A stretch of DNA of 64,000 bases from Macrostomum lignano (Eukaryota): assembly GCA_002269645.1 (NCBI GenBank), contig NIVC01000010.1:1984001-2048000 (forward strand), in the 5' to 3' direction. Shown here piece by piece: positions 9,701 to 24,700 of the stretch (its first letter is position 1; every line of letters starts with the position of its first letter). The position numbers and the translations under genes are program-made. A model generated the notes under the pieces. The model was not told where the DNA came from. It did not search any database and worked only from the letters and a program-made list of their open reading frames with translations.

Positions 9701-12700
9701 CTGAGTTTTACTTTAGGGTCCTCAATTGTTTTAGATGCTTTTCTGTCTTCATTTACTTGCTCGGAGGCTTCTGAGGAGCCGGATAGAGAGCGTGTTTCAC
9801 CTGTAGTTGAATTTTTATCAGTATATTTTCCGGCAGAACTGGGCTTTGTTGAAACGTTTCTCCGTGCCGTTTCCACCTCAGATGAATCTGATAATTCATT
9901 TGACTTGGTTGTGGCTTCCCGAATTGCCTTGCTTTGTTCTGAACTCACACTGTTGTCTTCTGCTGCTTCGGAAGTTTCAGAAATGGAAGATCTTCCTGAC
10001 TGTTGAGTGTCTTCGACTAGCTCAGATGAATCAGATTGAGACTTATTTTGCTTCCTTCTTGAACTTTTTCCAGCGACCTTTTGTGGTACTTTTTCCGGCG
10101 CAGTTTTTCTCCCATCGTCATCAGATGAGTTAACAGATTCATGTGGTGTTGCTTCGTAAATCACGTTTCTCTGTGCTGGCTTCACACCACTCTCGTCTTT
10201 AGCCTTATATTGTTCTGAAAGCGGCAATCGTTCCGACTGTTTAGCTTCATTTGCGTATTCTGAAGCTTCTGGTGAATCTGACACCAAGATTCTGGGAATT
10301 TCGCCTTCTTCTGATGCATTTGACGCTTTGTCCGAAGTCGTTTTCATCTTATCACTATCAGACGAATTAGATGAGCTAGACAGAGAACGTATGGGCTTCC
10401 AACTAGACTTTGTGTTACTGACTTCTCCAGATGCATCGGATCTTGCTAGTACTTTGCTAATCGTTTCTTTCACCTCATCATCAGATTTAGCCTTAGATGG
10501 CTCTGAAAGCGGCGATCGTTCTGTCAGTTTAGCTTCGTTCACTTGTTCTGTTGCTTCTGATGAATCTGACACCGAGTTGCTCGAGCTTTTTCGTAGCTTG
10601 TTGCCTCCAACCTCTTCTGATGTATTAGGTCTTACTGACGCTTTTTCCGGAGCCTTTTTCGTCTTGCCACTATCAGACGATGGTTCTTTTACAGTGGAAT
10701 CTTGACTCACTTTGCGTTTTGCTGGCTGGATACCATTTTCGGTTTCGGCAGATGCATTAGACAATGAAGAATTTGAATCTCTGGTGTCTTCGGCTTGATC
10801 GGATGCTTCTGTTGAGCCAGACAGCGAATGTTTGGGTTCCCTTCTAGACTTTGTGTTAGCGACTTTTCCAGATGCGTCGGATCTTATTACTGGAACTTTG
10901 TTAGGTGTCCTTTTCACCTTATAATCATCAGTTGAGTCCGATGATTCCAGAGTTTTTGAGTCTTGAGTCATCTCTTGCTGTCCTGGCTGTTTTTCAGGGT
11001 CCTTAGTTGCTTCGGATGAAGACATTGTCTCAATATCTTTGATTTGATTGGATTCTGTTGGTGAATCTAAAAGAGGATGCATCTGCTTTCCTCTTGTCTT
11101 CCGATCATGGACTTGATCCGATGTATCGGAATTTTCCAGATCTTTGTTCAGAGTCGTTTCTACCTCATCGCTATCAGATGAGTCAGGTGATTGTTTTGGT
11201 GTCGATTCCTGAATCATCTCGTCTGTTTCCGGTTTCATATATTCGTCTGTTGGCTCGGGTGCTTCAACTTGTTCTGGTGATTCTAGAGAACGTCTTTGCT
11301 TCGTTTCTGGTTTGTTATTGTTGACTTTTGCTAATGCACCAGGTCGTAAGGATTCTTTGGTTGGCACCACTTCAGCCTCATCTTCAGATGAATTTTTTCG
11401 AGTGACATTGCGTTGTGCGGGCTTCAGTTCACTGTTCGTTGTTTCATCGGGTGCCTGAGAAAATAGAGACCTTTCTGATTGTTCAGACTGATTTGTTTGT
11501 TCAGATGTTTCTGACGAATCTGATTGAGAATCCATGTATCTCTTCTTTGACTTCTCATTGCTGACCTCATCTGATGCATCAGAGCTTACTGAAAATTTTC
11601 TAGGCGTCTTCTCCATCTTATTGGCATCCGTGGATCCAGTTGATTCTTTTGGTGCAGATTCCTCTCGGTGTGATTGCTTCACGTCATTATCCTCTGCCGT
11701 TTTTCTGTCCTTTGAAATTTGAGATTTTGGCTGTGGTCTATTCCGTATTAATTTCTGGTCGGCAGCTTCCTCAGATGAACTTTCTGACCCAGAGTCATTG
11801 CTTTCTTGTATAGAGACTTCTTGTTTTGCAGCCTCATCAGCAACCTCTCCAGCAAGTCCCTTTGATCTTGTTAGTCCAGTGTCGCTATCACTTCCACCTG
11901 GTGACTCAAATTCTGAACTGCTATGATGCTTCTTTTTATGCACTGGCTCGCCGTCTTCCAATTTTTTAGTCGAACGGGAAATCGAAGCATTTTGCGTCTG
12001 TTTCTTCTCTTCATGTGTTGGGATTACGCTTTCAAAATTTTCAGATGAATCTGACGAATCTATTTCCTGCGTACTGGAAGCTTTCTTAGAATCCGCATCA
12101 GGGACAATACCGGATGCATTTGGTCTTCTTGGCATGGCTTTACTTGCATTGCTGTCCGATGACTTGACATCGTGAGGTTCTTGACGTTCTCTTGGCTTTA
12201 CATCCCAAGTTTCTTCAGACGAATCCGATAAGCCACTGTGCGAACGTGTCTCTCCAGTTTTGCGAACTTTCTTGAATTGTTTGCCTCTAGCTTTTTCTTC
12301 TTCAGAAGACGAAGTGGCCTCTTCTGATGACGGGCGCTTAGGAGTTCTCGTCCTTTTTTGCTTAGCGGCGCTATCATCTTGTTCCAATTTAGAAGCTTCT
12401 GTAGGCTCTTTATTGGATCTTTTAACCCCATCATTTAGATTTTCAACAGATGCTATTTCATCGAAATCCTCATCGATATCATTGTCAGTCGCTGTCCCAG
12501 CTAGTAGCTGTTCCACAAGCATGTCGGTATCAGTGTGGCTACTGTCAACTTCTGCCATCATCTCCCTTGTGGCTTTGGCGCATGAAGAATCGGTGTCGGA
12601 TTGCTCGCTGTAAAGATTTCGAGGCTCTTCCTGAGTAAGAAGATTTTTCTGCCCCTCTGAAACATTTGGAGCTTTCGCTGCGATCGCTGCCTCTTCAGAA

Positions 12701-15700
12701 GCAATAACTTCTTCAATTTCTTCAGAGTCTAAGCGCCCAAACTGCCTAGCTTCTTTTTCATCTGTGTTCCGATCTTTCTCGCTAGCGACATCTTGATTTT
12801 GTGAGAAAGTTTTATCTTTACTGAGAGAGGTGTTCTCCTCTGACCTCTTTGGTGTAGCTTTTGCACAAGTTTCTGTCATTTCGGGAGTAGGACTGTCCAT
12901 ACTTTTTGAAGATAAATGAGCATCCGTGTCGCTGTTACTGGCAGAATCGCTCAATGATTCCTGATTTTGCAATTGCTGAGCTAAAATAGACGCACCAACA
13001 TTTGTCGGAGAGTTCTCGATAACAGTCTTAACAGAGTCTATTGAGTCACGAGTTGCTTGCTCATCGACCAGTTGTTGGTTGAGATTAGTTACTCCCGTAA
13101 TTTCAACAGGTGATGTCTTGGGTTTCTGAGTTGTTGGTTCAGGTTTTGATTCACCAGTTAGAGCGTCTTTGGTACTTGACGAGCTACCAGTAGGACCGGG
13201 TTCAGTTTCAGCATCAGACTCTTCCGTTGATTTCTTGTTTGAAACTGTTCCAGTGTCCGTGTCGCTGTCACTGATTTCAACTTGTTCTTTGCGTGTCTCT
13301 ATCGCTGACTGCGGCAACATACCAGAGCTGGTCTGGTCATAATTATGAAATTCTCCATTGCTTAGACTCCATTGTCTTCTTGGCGAGCGTGCTGCTACAC
13401 CATGAGAGCCATCTGTGCTCTCGACCATGCTGTCTGGAACATCTGAAGGCGTAGCAAAGCCGCTATATTCGCTCTGTGAGTTATAGTCATCCTCGGGCTC
13501 AGTTCTCTCCGAAATATCATCAAGCAGGTGAGGCTGGCTTGAATGAATATAATCCTCATGATCATAATCATCGAAATCGAAATTTCGAAATGATATCTTT
13601 TCTGGCGGCAGACTTCGTACATCCGGGTTCTCTGAAATCTGTGACGAGTTAATAGTCAGTGCTGTGTCGTCATCCAATGGCTGAGGCCCTGGAAGATCAA
13701 CGGGCATGGACTTCACCTTCTGATCGATGGGTATCTTCTCAGTTGGTGAAATTTTCTGCTCTGAGCTTCCCTCTTCATCGCTAAAGGATCCTTTGTGTTC
13801 TGCTGGATGGTCTGAAAAAGCCGCCTTTTGCCTGGCTAGTTTTCTTTTTCGTTCCCTTTCTTGTTGACTTTCTTTTGGCAAAGTAGGTTTTTCTGATTCT
13901 GATTCTGAATTCTCGTCCTTATCAGAGACCGACAAAGAGCTCGAGGATGACTCGTCAATACTTTTCCGACAATGGTCTCCAGTTTCTTCATTTATTTTAT
14001 GGAATTTCTCACTGCCAGATTCACTTTTCGGAGGATCTTCTGCTACATGTAGCTCAGTATGATGCCGATTCTGTTTCTTAATCGATTCCCCGTCTTTGTT
14101 AGAGCTCGAATTACTTGACACAGTGCTGTCAGACTTTTGAGACTTTTTATCATCAAATATTTTTTGCTGCTTAACATCATCGGAATCTTCATACATAATT
14201 GCTTCCTGAGATTGTACCTCATCGTCTTGACATTCGAAGTCACTTGGCGTTAAATGCTTATCCCAAAGCTGACTTGACCGACTGCCTTCCTCTTGATCTT
14301 TGAAACCGGATGACGAGACGGGCTCAACTACAGGCTGACCGAAAGTAGTGCCTTCACCTCTATTCTTAAAGTCACAGGGTGTTGCAAGCTGACGGGGACG
14401 AGCGCCTACGTCGGAGTCACCTAATGAGACGGACTCATCTAGCATCCCACGCAAAAGAATGGCTTCAGCTTGATCTTTGGCGTAACTCGGTGAAACGGGC
14501 TCCTCCGCAGGTTTTCCGGCTCGACCTTCGGAGTCACTGAGACAATCAGAATTAATAGAAATGTCTCGGGTATGATTGTCTTTCTGTTCATCTCTGGTGC
14601 AACTCGATTCACCCTCAAGCTGACGAGGAAGCATTGCTTCAGCTTGATCTGTGGTGTCACTCGGCGAGACGGACTCATCCTCAAGCTGACGAGGAAGCAT
14701 GGCTTTAGATTGATCTGTGGTGTCACTTGGTGAGACGGACTCATCTGCAGGCTTGCTGTTACGACCTTCGAGATCACTGGGAGATTTAGAATCATCCGAA
14801 ATGTCCCGGCGATGAGCATCTTTTCGTTCTTCTCTGGTGGCACTCGAATCACCCTTAAGCTCATGAGAAAGCATTGCTTCAGCTTGATCTGTGGTGTCAC
14901 TCGGCGAGACGGACTCATCCTCAAGCTGATGAGGAAGCATGGCCTTAGCTTGGTCTTTGGCGTCACTCGGTGAAACGTACTCATCTGCAGGCTTGCTGAT
15001 ACGACCTTCGGGATCACTGGGAGATTTAGAATCATCCGAAATATCCCGGCGATGGGCATCTTTTCGTTCTTCTCTGGTGGCACTCGAATCACCCTTAAGC
15101 TCATGAGAAAGCATTGCTTCAGCTTGATCTGTGGTGTCACTCGGCGAGACGGACTCATCCTCAAGCTGATGAGGAAGCATGGCTTCAGCTTGATCTGTGG
15201 TGTCACTTGGTGAGACGGACTCATCTGCAGGCTTGCTGTTACGACCTTGGAGATCACTGGGAGATTTAGAATCATCCGAAATGTCCCGGCGATGAGCATC
15301 TTTTCGTTCTTCTCTGGTGGCACTCGAATCACCCTTAAGCTCATGAGAAAGCATTGCTTCAGCTTGATCTGTGGTGTCACTCGGCGAGACGGACTCATCC
15401 TCAAGCTGATGAGGAAGCATGGCTTCAGCTTGATCTGTGGTGTCACTTGGTGAGACGGACTCATCTGAAGGCTTGTTGATACGACCTTGAGAATCAGAAA
15501 CATCCGAACTTTGTCGAGGACGAGCATCTTTCTGCTCATATCTGGTGGCACTCGATTCAACCTCAAGCTGGCGAGGAAGCATTGCTTCAGCTTGATCTGT
15601 GGTGTCACTCGGCGAGAGGGACTCATCCTCAAGCTGACGAGGAAGCATTGCTTCAGCTTGATCTGTGGTGTCACTCGGCGAGACGGACTCATCCTCAAGC

Positions 15701-18700
15701 TGACGAGGAAGCATTGCTTCAGCTTGATCTGTGATGTCACTCGGCGAGAAGGACTTATCCTCAAGCTGACGAGGAAGCATGGCTTTAGCTTGGTCTTTGG
15801 CGTCACTTGGTGAGACGGACTCATCTGCCGGCTTGCTGGCACGACCTTCGGAGTCACTGGGAGATTCAGAATCATCCGAACTTTGTCGAGGACGAGGATG
15901 TTTCTGTTCATATCTGGTGGCACTCGATTCACGCCTAAGCTGGCGAGGAAGCATTGCTTCAGCTTGATCTGTGGTGTCACTCGGTGAGACGGACTCATCT
16001 GCCGGCTTTCTGGCACGACGTTTAGAGTCACTGGGAGATTCAGAATCATCTGAACTTTGTCGAGGATGAGCATATTTTCGTTCATCTCTGGTGCCACTGG
16101 ATTCACTATCAAGCTGACGAGGAAGCATTGCTTCAGCTTGATCTGTGGTGTCACTCGGCGAGACGGACTTATCCTCAAGCTGATGAGGAAGCATGGCCTC
16201 AGCTTGATCTGTCGTGTCACTCGACGAGGCGGACTCATCCTCAAGCTGACGAGGAAGCATTGCTTCAGCTTGATCTGTGCTGGCCCTCGGTGAGATTGTC
16301 AAATCTGCAGGCTTGCTGTTACGACCTTCGGGATCACTGGCAGATTCAGAATCATCCGAACTTTGTCGAGGACGAACATCTATCTGTTCATATCTGGTGG
16401 TACTCGATTCACCCTCAAGCTGACGAGGAAGCATTGCTTCAGCTTGATTTGTGGTGTCACTCGGCGAGACGGACTTATCCTCAAGCTGATGAGGAAGCAT
16501 GGCCTCAGCTTGATCTGTGGTGTCACTCAACGAGACGGACTCATCCTCAAGCTGACGAGGAAGCATTGCTTCAGCTTGATCTGTGCTGGCACTCGGTGAG
16601 ATTGTCAAATCTGCAGGCTTGCTGTAACGACCTTCGGGATCACTGGGAGATTTAGAATCATCCGAAATATCCCGGCGATGAGCATCTTTTCGTTCTTCTC
16701 TGGTGGCACTCGAATCACCCTCAAGCTGACGAGGAAGCATGGCTTCAGCTTGATCTGTGGTGTCACTCAACGAGACGGACTCATCCTCAAGCTGACGAGG
16801 AAGCATTGCTTCAGCTTGATCTGTGCTGGCACTCGGTGAGATTGTCAAATCTGCAGGCTTGCTGTAACGACCTTCAGGATCACTGGGAGATTCAGAATCA
16901 TCCGAACTTTGTCGAGGACGAGCATCTATCTGTTCATATCTGGTGGCACTCGATTCACCCTCAAGCTGACGAGGAAGCATGGCTTCAGCTTGATCTGTGG
17001 TGTCACTCGGCGAGACGGACTCATCCTCAAGCTGACGAGGAAGCATGGCTTCAGCTTGATCTGTGGTGTCACTTGGTGAGACGGACTCATCTGCAGGCTT
17101 GCTGTTACGACCTTCGGGATCACTGGGAGATTTAGAATCATCCGAAATATCCCGGCGATGAGCATCTTTTCGTTCTTCTCTGGTGGCACTCGAATCACCC
17201 TTAAGCTCATGAGAAAGCATTGCTTCAGCTTGATCTGTGGTGTCACTCGGCAAGACGGACTCATCCTCAAGCTGACGAGGAAGCATGGCCTTAGCTTGGT
17301 CTTTGGCGTCACTCGATGAGACGGACTCATATGCCGACTTGCTGGCACGACCTTCGGAGTCACTGGGAGATTCAGAATCATTCGAACTTTGTCGATGACG
17401 AGCATCTTTCTGTTCATCTCGGGTGGCACTCGATTCATATTCAAGCTGACGAGGAAGCATGGCCTTAGCTTGGTCTGTGGTGTCACTCGGCGAGACGGAC
17501 TCATCCTCAAGCTGACGAGGAAGCATGGCTTTAGATTGATCTGTGGTGTCACTTGGTGAGACGGACTCATCTGCAGGCTTGCTGATACGACCTTCCGGAT
17601 CCCTGGGAGATTTAGAATCATCCGAACTTTGTCGTAGACGAGCATCTTTCTGTTCATATCTGGTGGCACTCGATTCACGCCTAAGCTGGCGAGGAAGCAT
17701 GGCTTTAGATTGATCTGTGGTGTCACTTGGTGAGACGGACTCATCTGCAGGCTTGCTGATACGACCTTCCGGATCCCTGGGAGATTTAGAATCATCCGAA
17801 CCTTGTCGAGGACGAGCATCTTTCTGTTCATATCTGGTGGCACTCGATTCACGCCCAAACTGGCGAGGAAGAATTGTTTCAGCTTGATCTGTGGTGTCAC
17901 TCGGCGAGACGGACTCATCCTCAAGCTGACGAGGAAGCATTGCTTCAGCTTGATCTGTGCTGGCACTCGGTGAGATTGTCAAATCTGCAGGCTTGCTGTA
18001 ACGACCTTCGGGATCATTGGGAGATTCAGAATCATCCGAACTTTGTCGAGGACGAGCATCTATCTGTTCATATCTGGTGGCACTCGATTCACCCTCAAGC
18101 TGACGAGGAAGCATGGCTTCAGCTTGATCTGTGGTGTCACTCGGCGAGACGGACTCATCCTCAAGCTGACGAGGAAGCATGGCTTCAGCTTGATCTGTGG
18201 TGTCACTCGGCGAGACGGACTCATCCTGAAGCTGATGAGGAATCATGGCTTCAGCTTGATCTGTGGTGTTACTCGGCGAGACGGACTCATCCTCAAGCTG
18301 ACGAGGAAGCATGGCCTTAGCTTGGTCTTTGGCGTCACTCGATGAGACGGACTCATATGCCGACTTGCTGGCACGACCTTCGGAGTCACTGGGAGATTCA
18401 GAGTCATCCGAACTTTGTCGAGGACGAGCATCTTTCTGTTCATATCTGGTGGCACTCGATTCACGCCCAAACTGGCGAGGAAGCATTGTTTCAGCTTGAT
18501 CTGTGGTGTCACTCGTCGAGACGGACTCATCCTCAAGCTGACGAGGAAGCATTGCTTCAGCTTGATCTGTGCTGGCACTCGGTGAGATTGTCATGTCTGC
18601 AGGCTTGCTGTAACGACCTTCAGGATCACTGGGAGATTCAGAATCATCCGAACTTTGTCGAGGACGAGCATCTATCTGTTCATATCTGGTGGCACTCGAT

Positions 18701-21700
18701 TCACCCTCAAGCTGACGAGGAAGCATGGCTTCAGCTTGATCTGTGGTGTCACTCGGCGAGACGGACTCATCCTCAAGCTGACGAGGAAGCATGGCTTCAG
18801 CTTGATCTGTGGTGTCACTTGGTGAGACGGACTCATCTGCAGGCTCGCTGTTACGACCTTCGGGATCACTGGGAGATTTAGAATCATCCGAAATATCCCG
18901 GCGATGAGCATCTTTTCGTTCTTCTCTGGTGGCACTCGAATCACCCTTAAGCTCATGAGAAAGCATTGCTTCAGCTTGATCTGTGGTGTCACTCGGCGAG
19001 ACGGACTCATCCTGAAGCTGATGAGGAATCATGGCTTTAGCTTGATCTGTGGTGTTACTCGGCGAGACGGACTCATCCTCAAGCTGACGAGGAAGCATGG
19101 CCTTAGCTTGGTCTTTGGCGTCACTCGATGAGACGGACTCATATGCCGACTTGCTGGCACGACCTTCGGAGTCACTGGGAGATTCAGAATCATTCGAACT
19201 TTGTCGATGACGAGCATCTTTCTGTTCATCTCGGGTGGCACTCGATTCATATTCAAGCTGACGAGGAAGCATGGCCTTAGCTTGGTCTGTGGTGTCACTC
19301 GGCGAGACGGACTCATCCTCAAGCTGACGAGGAAGCATGGCTTTAGATTGATCTGTGGTGTCACTTGGTGAGACGGACTCATCTGCAGGCTTGCTGATAC
19401 GACCTTCCGGATCCCTGGGAGATTTAGAATCATCCGAACTTTGTCGAGGACGAGCATCTTTCTGTTCATATCTGGTGGCACTCGATTCACGCCTAAGCTG
19501 GCGAGGAAGCATTGCTTCAGCTTGATCTGTGGTGTCACTCGGCGAGAAGGACTCATCCTGAAGCTGATGAGGAATCATGGCTTCAGCTTGATCTGTGGTG
19601 TTACTCGGCGAGACGGACTCATCCTCAAGCTGACGAGGAAGCATGGCCTTAGCTTGGTCTTTGGCGTCACTCGATGAGACGGACTCATATGCCGACTTGC
19701 TGGCACGACCTTCGGAGTCACTGGGAGATTCAGAATCATTCGAACTTTGTCGAGGACGAGCATCTTTCTGTTCATCTCGGGTGGCACTCGATTCATATTC
19801 AAGCTGACGAGGAAGCATGGCCTTAGCTTGGTCTGTGGTGTCACTCGGCGAGACGGACTCATCCTCAAGCTGACGAGGAAGCATGGCTTTAGATTGATCT
19901 GTGGTGTCACTTGGTGAGACGGACTCATCTGCAGGCTTGCTGATACGACCTTCCGGATCCCTGGGAGATTTAGAATCATCCGAACTTTGTCGAGGACGAG
20001 CATCTTTCTGTTCATATCTGGTGGCACTCGATTCACGCCTAAGCTGGCGAGGAAGCATTGCTTCAGCTTGATCTGTGGTGTCACTCGGCGAGAAGGACTC
20101 ATCCTGAAGCTGATGAGGAATCATGGCTTCAGCTTGATCTGTGGTGTTACTCGGCGAGACGGACTCATCCTCAAGCTGACGAGGAAGCATGGCCTTAGCT
20201 TGGTCTTTGGCGTCACTCGATGAGACGGACTCATATGCCGACTTGCTGGCACGACCTTCGGAGTCACTGGGAGATTCAGAATCATCCGAACTTTGTCGAG
20301 GACGAGCATCTTTCTGTTCATATCTGGTGGCACTCGATTCACGCCCAAACTGGCGAGGAAGCATTGCTTCAGCTTGATCTGTGGTGTCACTCAACGAGAC
20401 GGACTCATCCTCAAGCTGACGAGGAAGCATTGCTTCAGCTTGATCTGTGCTGGCACTCGGTGAGATTGTCAAATCTGCAGGCTTGCTGTAACGACCTTCA
20501 GGATCACTGGGAGATTCAGAATCATCCGAACTTTGTCGAGGACGAGCATCTATCTGTTCATATCTGGTAGCACTCGATTCATATTCAAGCTGACGAGGAA
20601 GCATGGCCTTAGCTTGGTCTGTGGTGTCACTCGGCGAGACGGACTCATCCTCAAGCTGACGAGGAAGCATGGCTTTAGATTGATCTGTGGTGTCACTTGG
20701 TGAGACGGACTCATCTGCAGGCTTGCTGATACGACCTTCCGGATCCCTGGGAGATTTAGAATCATCCGAACTTTGTCGAGGACGAGCATCTTTCTGTTCA
20801 TATCTGGTGGCACTCGATTCACGCCTAAGCTGGCGAGGAAGCATTGCTTCAGCTTGATCTGTGGTGTCACTCGGCGAGAAGGACTCATCCTGAAGCTGAT
20901 GAGGAATCATGGCTTCAGCTTGATCTGTGGTGTTACTCGGCGAGACGGACTCATCCTCAAGCTGACGAGGAAGCATGGCCTTAGCTTGGTCTTTGGCGTC
21001 ACTCGATGAGACGGACTCATATGCCGACTTGCTGGCACGACCTTCGGAGTCACTGGGAGATTCAGAATCATTCGAACTTTGTCGAGGACGAGCATCTTTC
21101 TGTTCATCTCGGGTGGCACTCGATTCATATTCAAGCTGACGAGGAAGCATGGCCTTAGCTTGGTCTGTGGTGTCACTCGGCGAGACGGACTCATCCTCAA
21201 GCTGACGAGGAAGCATGGCTTTAGATTGATCTGTGGTGTCACTTGGTGAGACGGACTCATCTGCAGGCTTGCTGAAACGACCTTCCGGATCCCTGGGAGA
21301 TTTAGAATCATCCGAACTTTGTCGAGGACGAGCATCTTTCTGTTCATATCTGGTGGCACTCGATTCACGCCTAAGCTGGCGAGGAAGCATTGCTTCAGCT
21401 TGATCTGTGGTGTCACTCGGCGAGAAGGACTCATCCTGAAGCTGATGAGGAATCATGGCTTCAGCTTGATCTGTGGTGTTACTCGGCGAGACGGACTCAT
21501 CCTCAAGCTGACGAGGAAGCATGGCCTTAGCTTGGTCTTTGGCGTCACTCGATGAGACGGACTCATATGCCGACTTGCTGGCACGACCTTCGGAGTCACT
21601 GGGAGATTCAGAATCATCCGAACTTTGTCGAGGACGAGCATCTTTCTGTTCATATCTGGTGGCACTCGATTCACGCCCAAACTGGCGAGGAAGCATTGCT

Positions 21701-24700
21701 TCAGCTTGATCTGTGGTGTCACTCAACGAGACGGACTCATCCTCAAGCTGACGAGGAAGCATTGCTTCAGCTTGATCTGTGCTGGCACTCGGTGAGATTG
21801 TCAAATCTGCAGGCTTGCTGTAACGACCTTCAGGATCACTGGGAGATTCAGAATCATCCGAACTTTGTCGAGGACGAGCATCTATCTGTTCATATCTGGT
21901 AGCACTCGATTCATATTCAAGCTGACGAGGAAGCATGGCCTTAGCTTGGTCTGTGGTGTCACTCGGCGAGACGGACTCATCCTCAAGCTGACGAGGAAGC
22001 ATGGCTTTAGATTGATCTGTGGTGTCACTTGGTGAGACGGACTCATCTGCAGGCTTGCTGATACGACCTTCCGGATCCCTGGGAGATTTAGAATCATCCG
22101 AACTTTGTCGAGGACGAGCATCTTTCTGTTCATATCTGGTGGCACTCGATTCACGCCTAAGCTGGCGAGGAAGCATTGCTTCAGCTTGATCTGTGGTGTC
22201 ACTCGGCGAGAAGGACTCATCCTGAAGCTGATGAGGAATCATGGCTTCAGCTTGATCTGTGGTGTTACTCGGCGAGACGGACTCATCCTCAAGCTGACGA
22301 GGAAGCATGGCCTTAGCTTGGTCTTTGGCGTCACTCGATGAGACGGACTCATATGCCGACTTGCTGGCACGACCTTCGGAGTCACTGGGAGATTCAGAAT
22401 CATTCGAACTTTGTCGAGGACGAGCATCTTTCTGTTCATCTCGGGTGGCACTCGATTCATATTCAAGCTGACGAGGAAGCATGGCCTTAGCTTGGTCTGT
22501 GGTGTCACTCGGCGAGACGGACTCATCCTCAAGCTGACGAGGAAGCATGGCTTTAGATTGATCTGTGGTGTCACTTGGTGAGACGGACTCATCTGCAGGC
22601 TTGCTGAAACGACCTTCCGGATCCCTGGGAGATTTAGAATCATCCGAACTTTGTCGAGGACGAGCATCTTTCTGTTCATATCTGGTGGCACTCGATTCAC
22701 GCCTAAGCTGGCGAGGAAGCATTGCTTCAGCTTGATCTGTGGTGTCACTCGGCGAGAAGGACTCATCCTGAAGCTGATGAGGAATCATGGCTTCAGCTTG
22801 ATCTGTGGTGTTACTCGGCGAGACGGACTCATCCTCAAGCTGACGAGGAAGCATGGCCTTAGCTTGGTCTTTGGCGTCACTCGATGAGACGGACTCATAT
22901 GCCGACTTGCTGGCACGACCTTCGGAGTCACTGGGAGATTCAGAATCATCCGAACTTTGTCGAGGACGAGCATCTTTCTGTTCATATCTGGTGGCACTCG
23001 ATTCACGCCCAAACTGGCGAGGAAGCATTGCTTCAGCTTGATCTGTGGTGTCACTCAACGAGACGGACTCATCCTCAAGCTGACGAGGAAGCATTGCTTC
23101 AGCTTGATCTGTGCTGGCACTCGGTGAGATTGTCAAATCTGCAGGCTTGCTGTAACGACCTTCAGGATCACTGGGAGATTCAGAATCATCCGAACTTTGT
23201 CGAGGACGAGCATCTATCTGTTCATATCTGGTAGCACTCGATTCATATTCAAGCTGACGAGGAAGCATGGCCTTAGCTTGGTCTGTGGTGTCACTCGGCG
23301 AGACGGACTCATCCTCAAGCTGACGAGGAAGCATGGCTTTAGATTGATCTGTGGTGTCACTTGGTGAGACGGACTCATCTGCAGGCTTGCTGATACGACC
23401 TTCCGGATCCCTGGGAGATTTAGAATCATCCGAACTTTGTCGAGGACGAGCATCTTTCTGTTCATATCTGGTGGCACTCGATTCACGCCTAAGCTGGCGA
23501 GGAAGCATTGCTTCAGCTTGATCTGTGGTGTCACTCGGCGAGAAGGACTCATCCTGAAGCTGATGAGGAATCATGGCTTCAGCTTGATCTGTGGTGTTAC
23601 TCGGCGAGACGGACTCATCCTCAAGCTGACGAGGAAGCATGGCCTTAGCTTGGTCTTTGGCGTCACTCGATGAGACGGACTCATATGCCGACTTGCTGGC
23701 ACGACCTTCGGAGTCACTGGGAGATTCAGAATCATTCGAACTTTGTCGAGGACGAGCATCTTTCTGTTCATCTCGGGTGGCACTCGATTCATATTCAAGC
23801 TGACGAGGAAGCATGGCCTTAGCTTGGTCTGTGGTGTCACTCGGCGAGACGGACTCATCCTCAAGCTGACGAGGAAGCATGGCTTTAGATTGATCTGTGG
23901 TGTCACTTGGTGAGACGGACTCATCTGCAGGCTTGCTGAAACGACCTTCCGGATCCCTGGGAGATTTAGAATCATCCGAACTTTGTCGAGGACGAGCATC
24001 TTTCTGTTCATATCTGGTGGCACTCGATTCACGCCTAAGCTGGCGAGGAAGCATTGCTTCAGCTTGATCTGTGGTGTCACTCGGCGAGAAGGACTCATCC
24101 TGAAGCTGATGAGGAATCATGGCTTCAGCTTGATCTGTGGTGTTACTCGGCGAGACGGACTCATCCTCAAGCTGACGAGGAAGCATGGCCTTAGCTTGGT
24201 CTTTGGCGTCACTCGATGAGACGGACTCATATGCCGACTTGCTGGCACGACCTTCGGAGTCACTGGGAGATTCAGAATCATCCGAACTTTGTCGAGGACG
24301 AGCATCTTTCTGTTCATATCTGGTGGCACTCGATTCACGCCCAAACTGGCGAGGAAGCATTGCTTCAGCTTGATCTGTGGTGTCACTCAACGAGACGGAC
24401 TCATCCTCAAGCTGACGAGGAAGCATTGCTTCAGCTTGATCTGTGCTGGCACTCGGTGAGATTGTCAAATCTGCAGGCTTGCTGTAACGACCTTCAGGAT
24501 CACTGGGAGATTCAGAATCATCCGAACTTTGTCGAGGACGAGCATCTATCTGTTCATATCTGGTAGCACTCGATTCAACCTCAAGCTGGCGAGGAAGCAT
24601 TGCTTCAGCTTGGTCTTTGGCGTCACTCGGTGAGACGGACTCATCTGCCGGCTTGCTGGCACGACCTTCGGAGTCACTGGGAGATTTAGAATCATCCGAG

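Noticed and set aside
14439-16244. 601-aa alternate-frame ORF and the dozens of 60-350-aa ORFs on both strands between 14.4 and 25.4 kb
   Set aside because: Shadow ORFs of the stop-poor coding repeat array. They recur at the repeat period and have no independent features.
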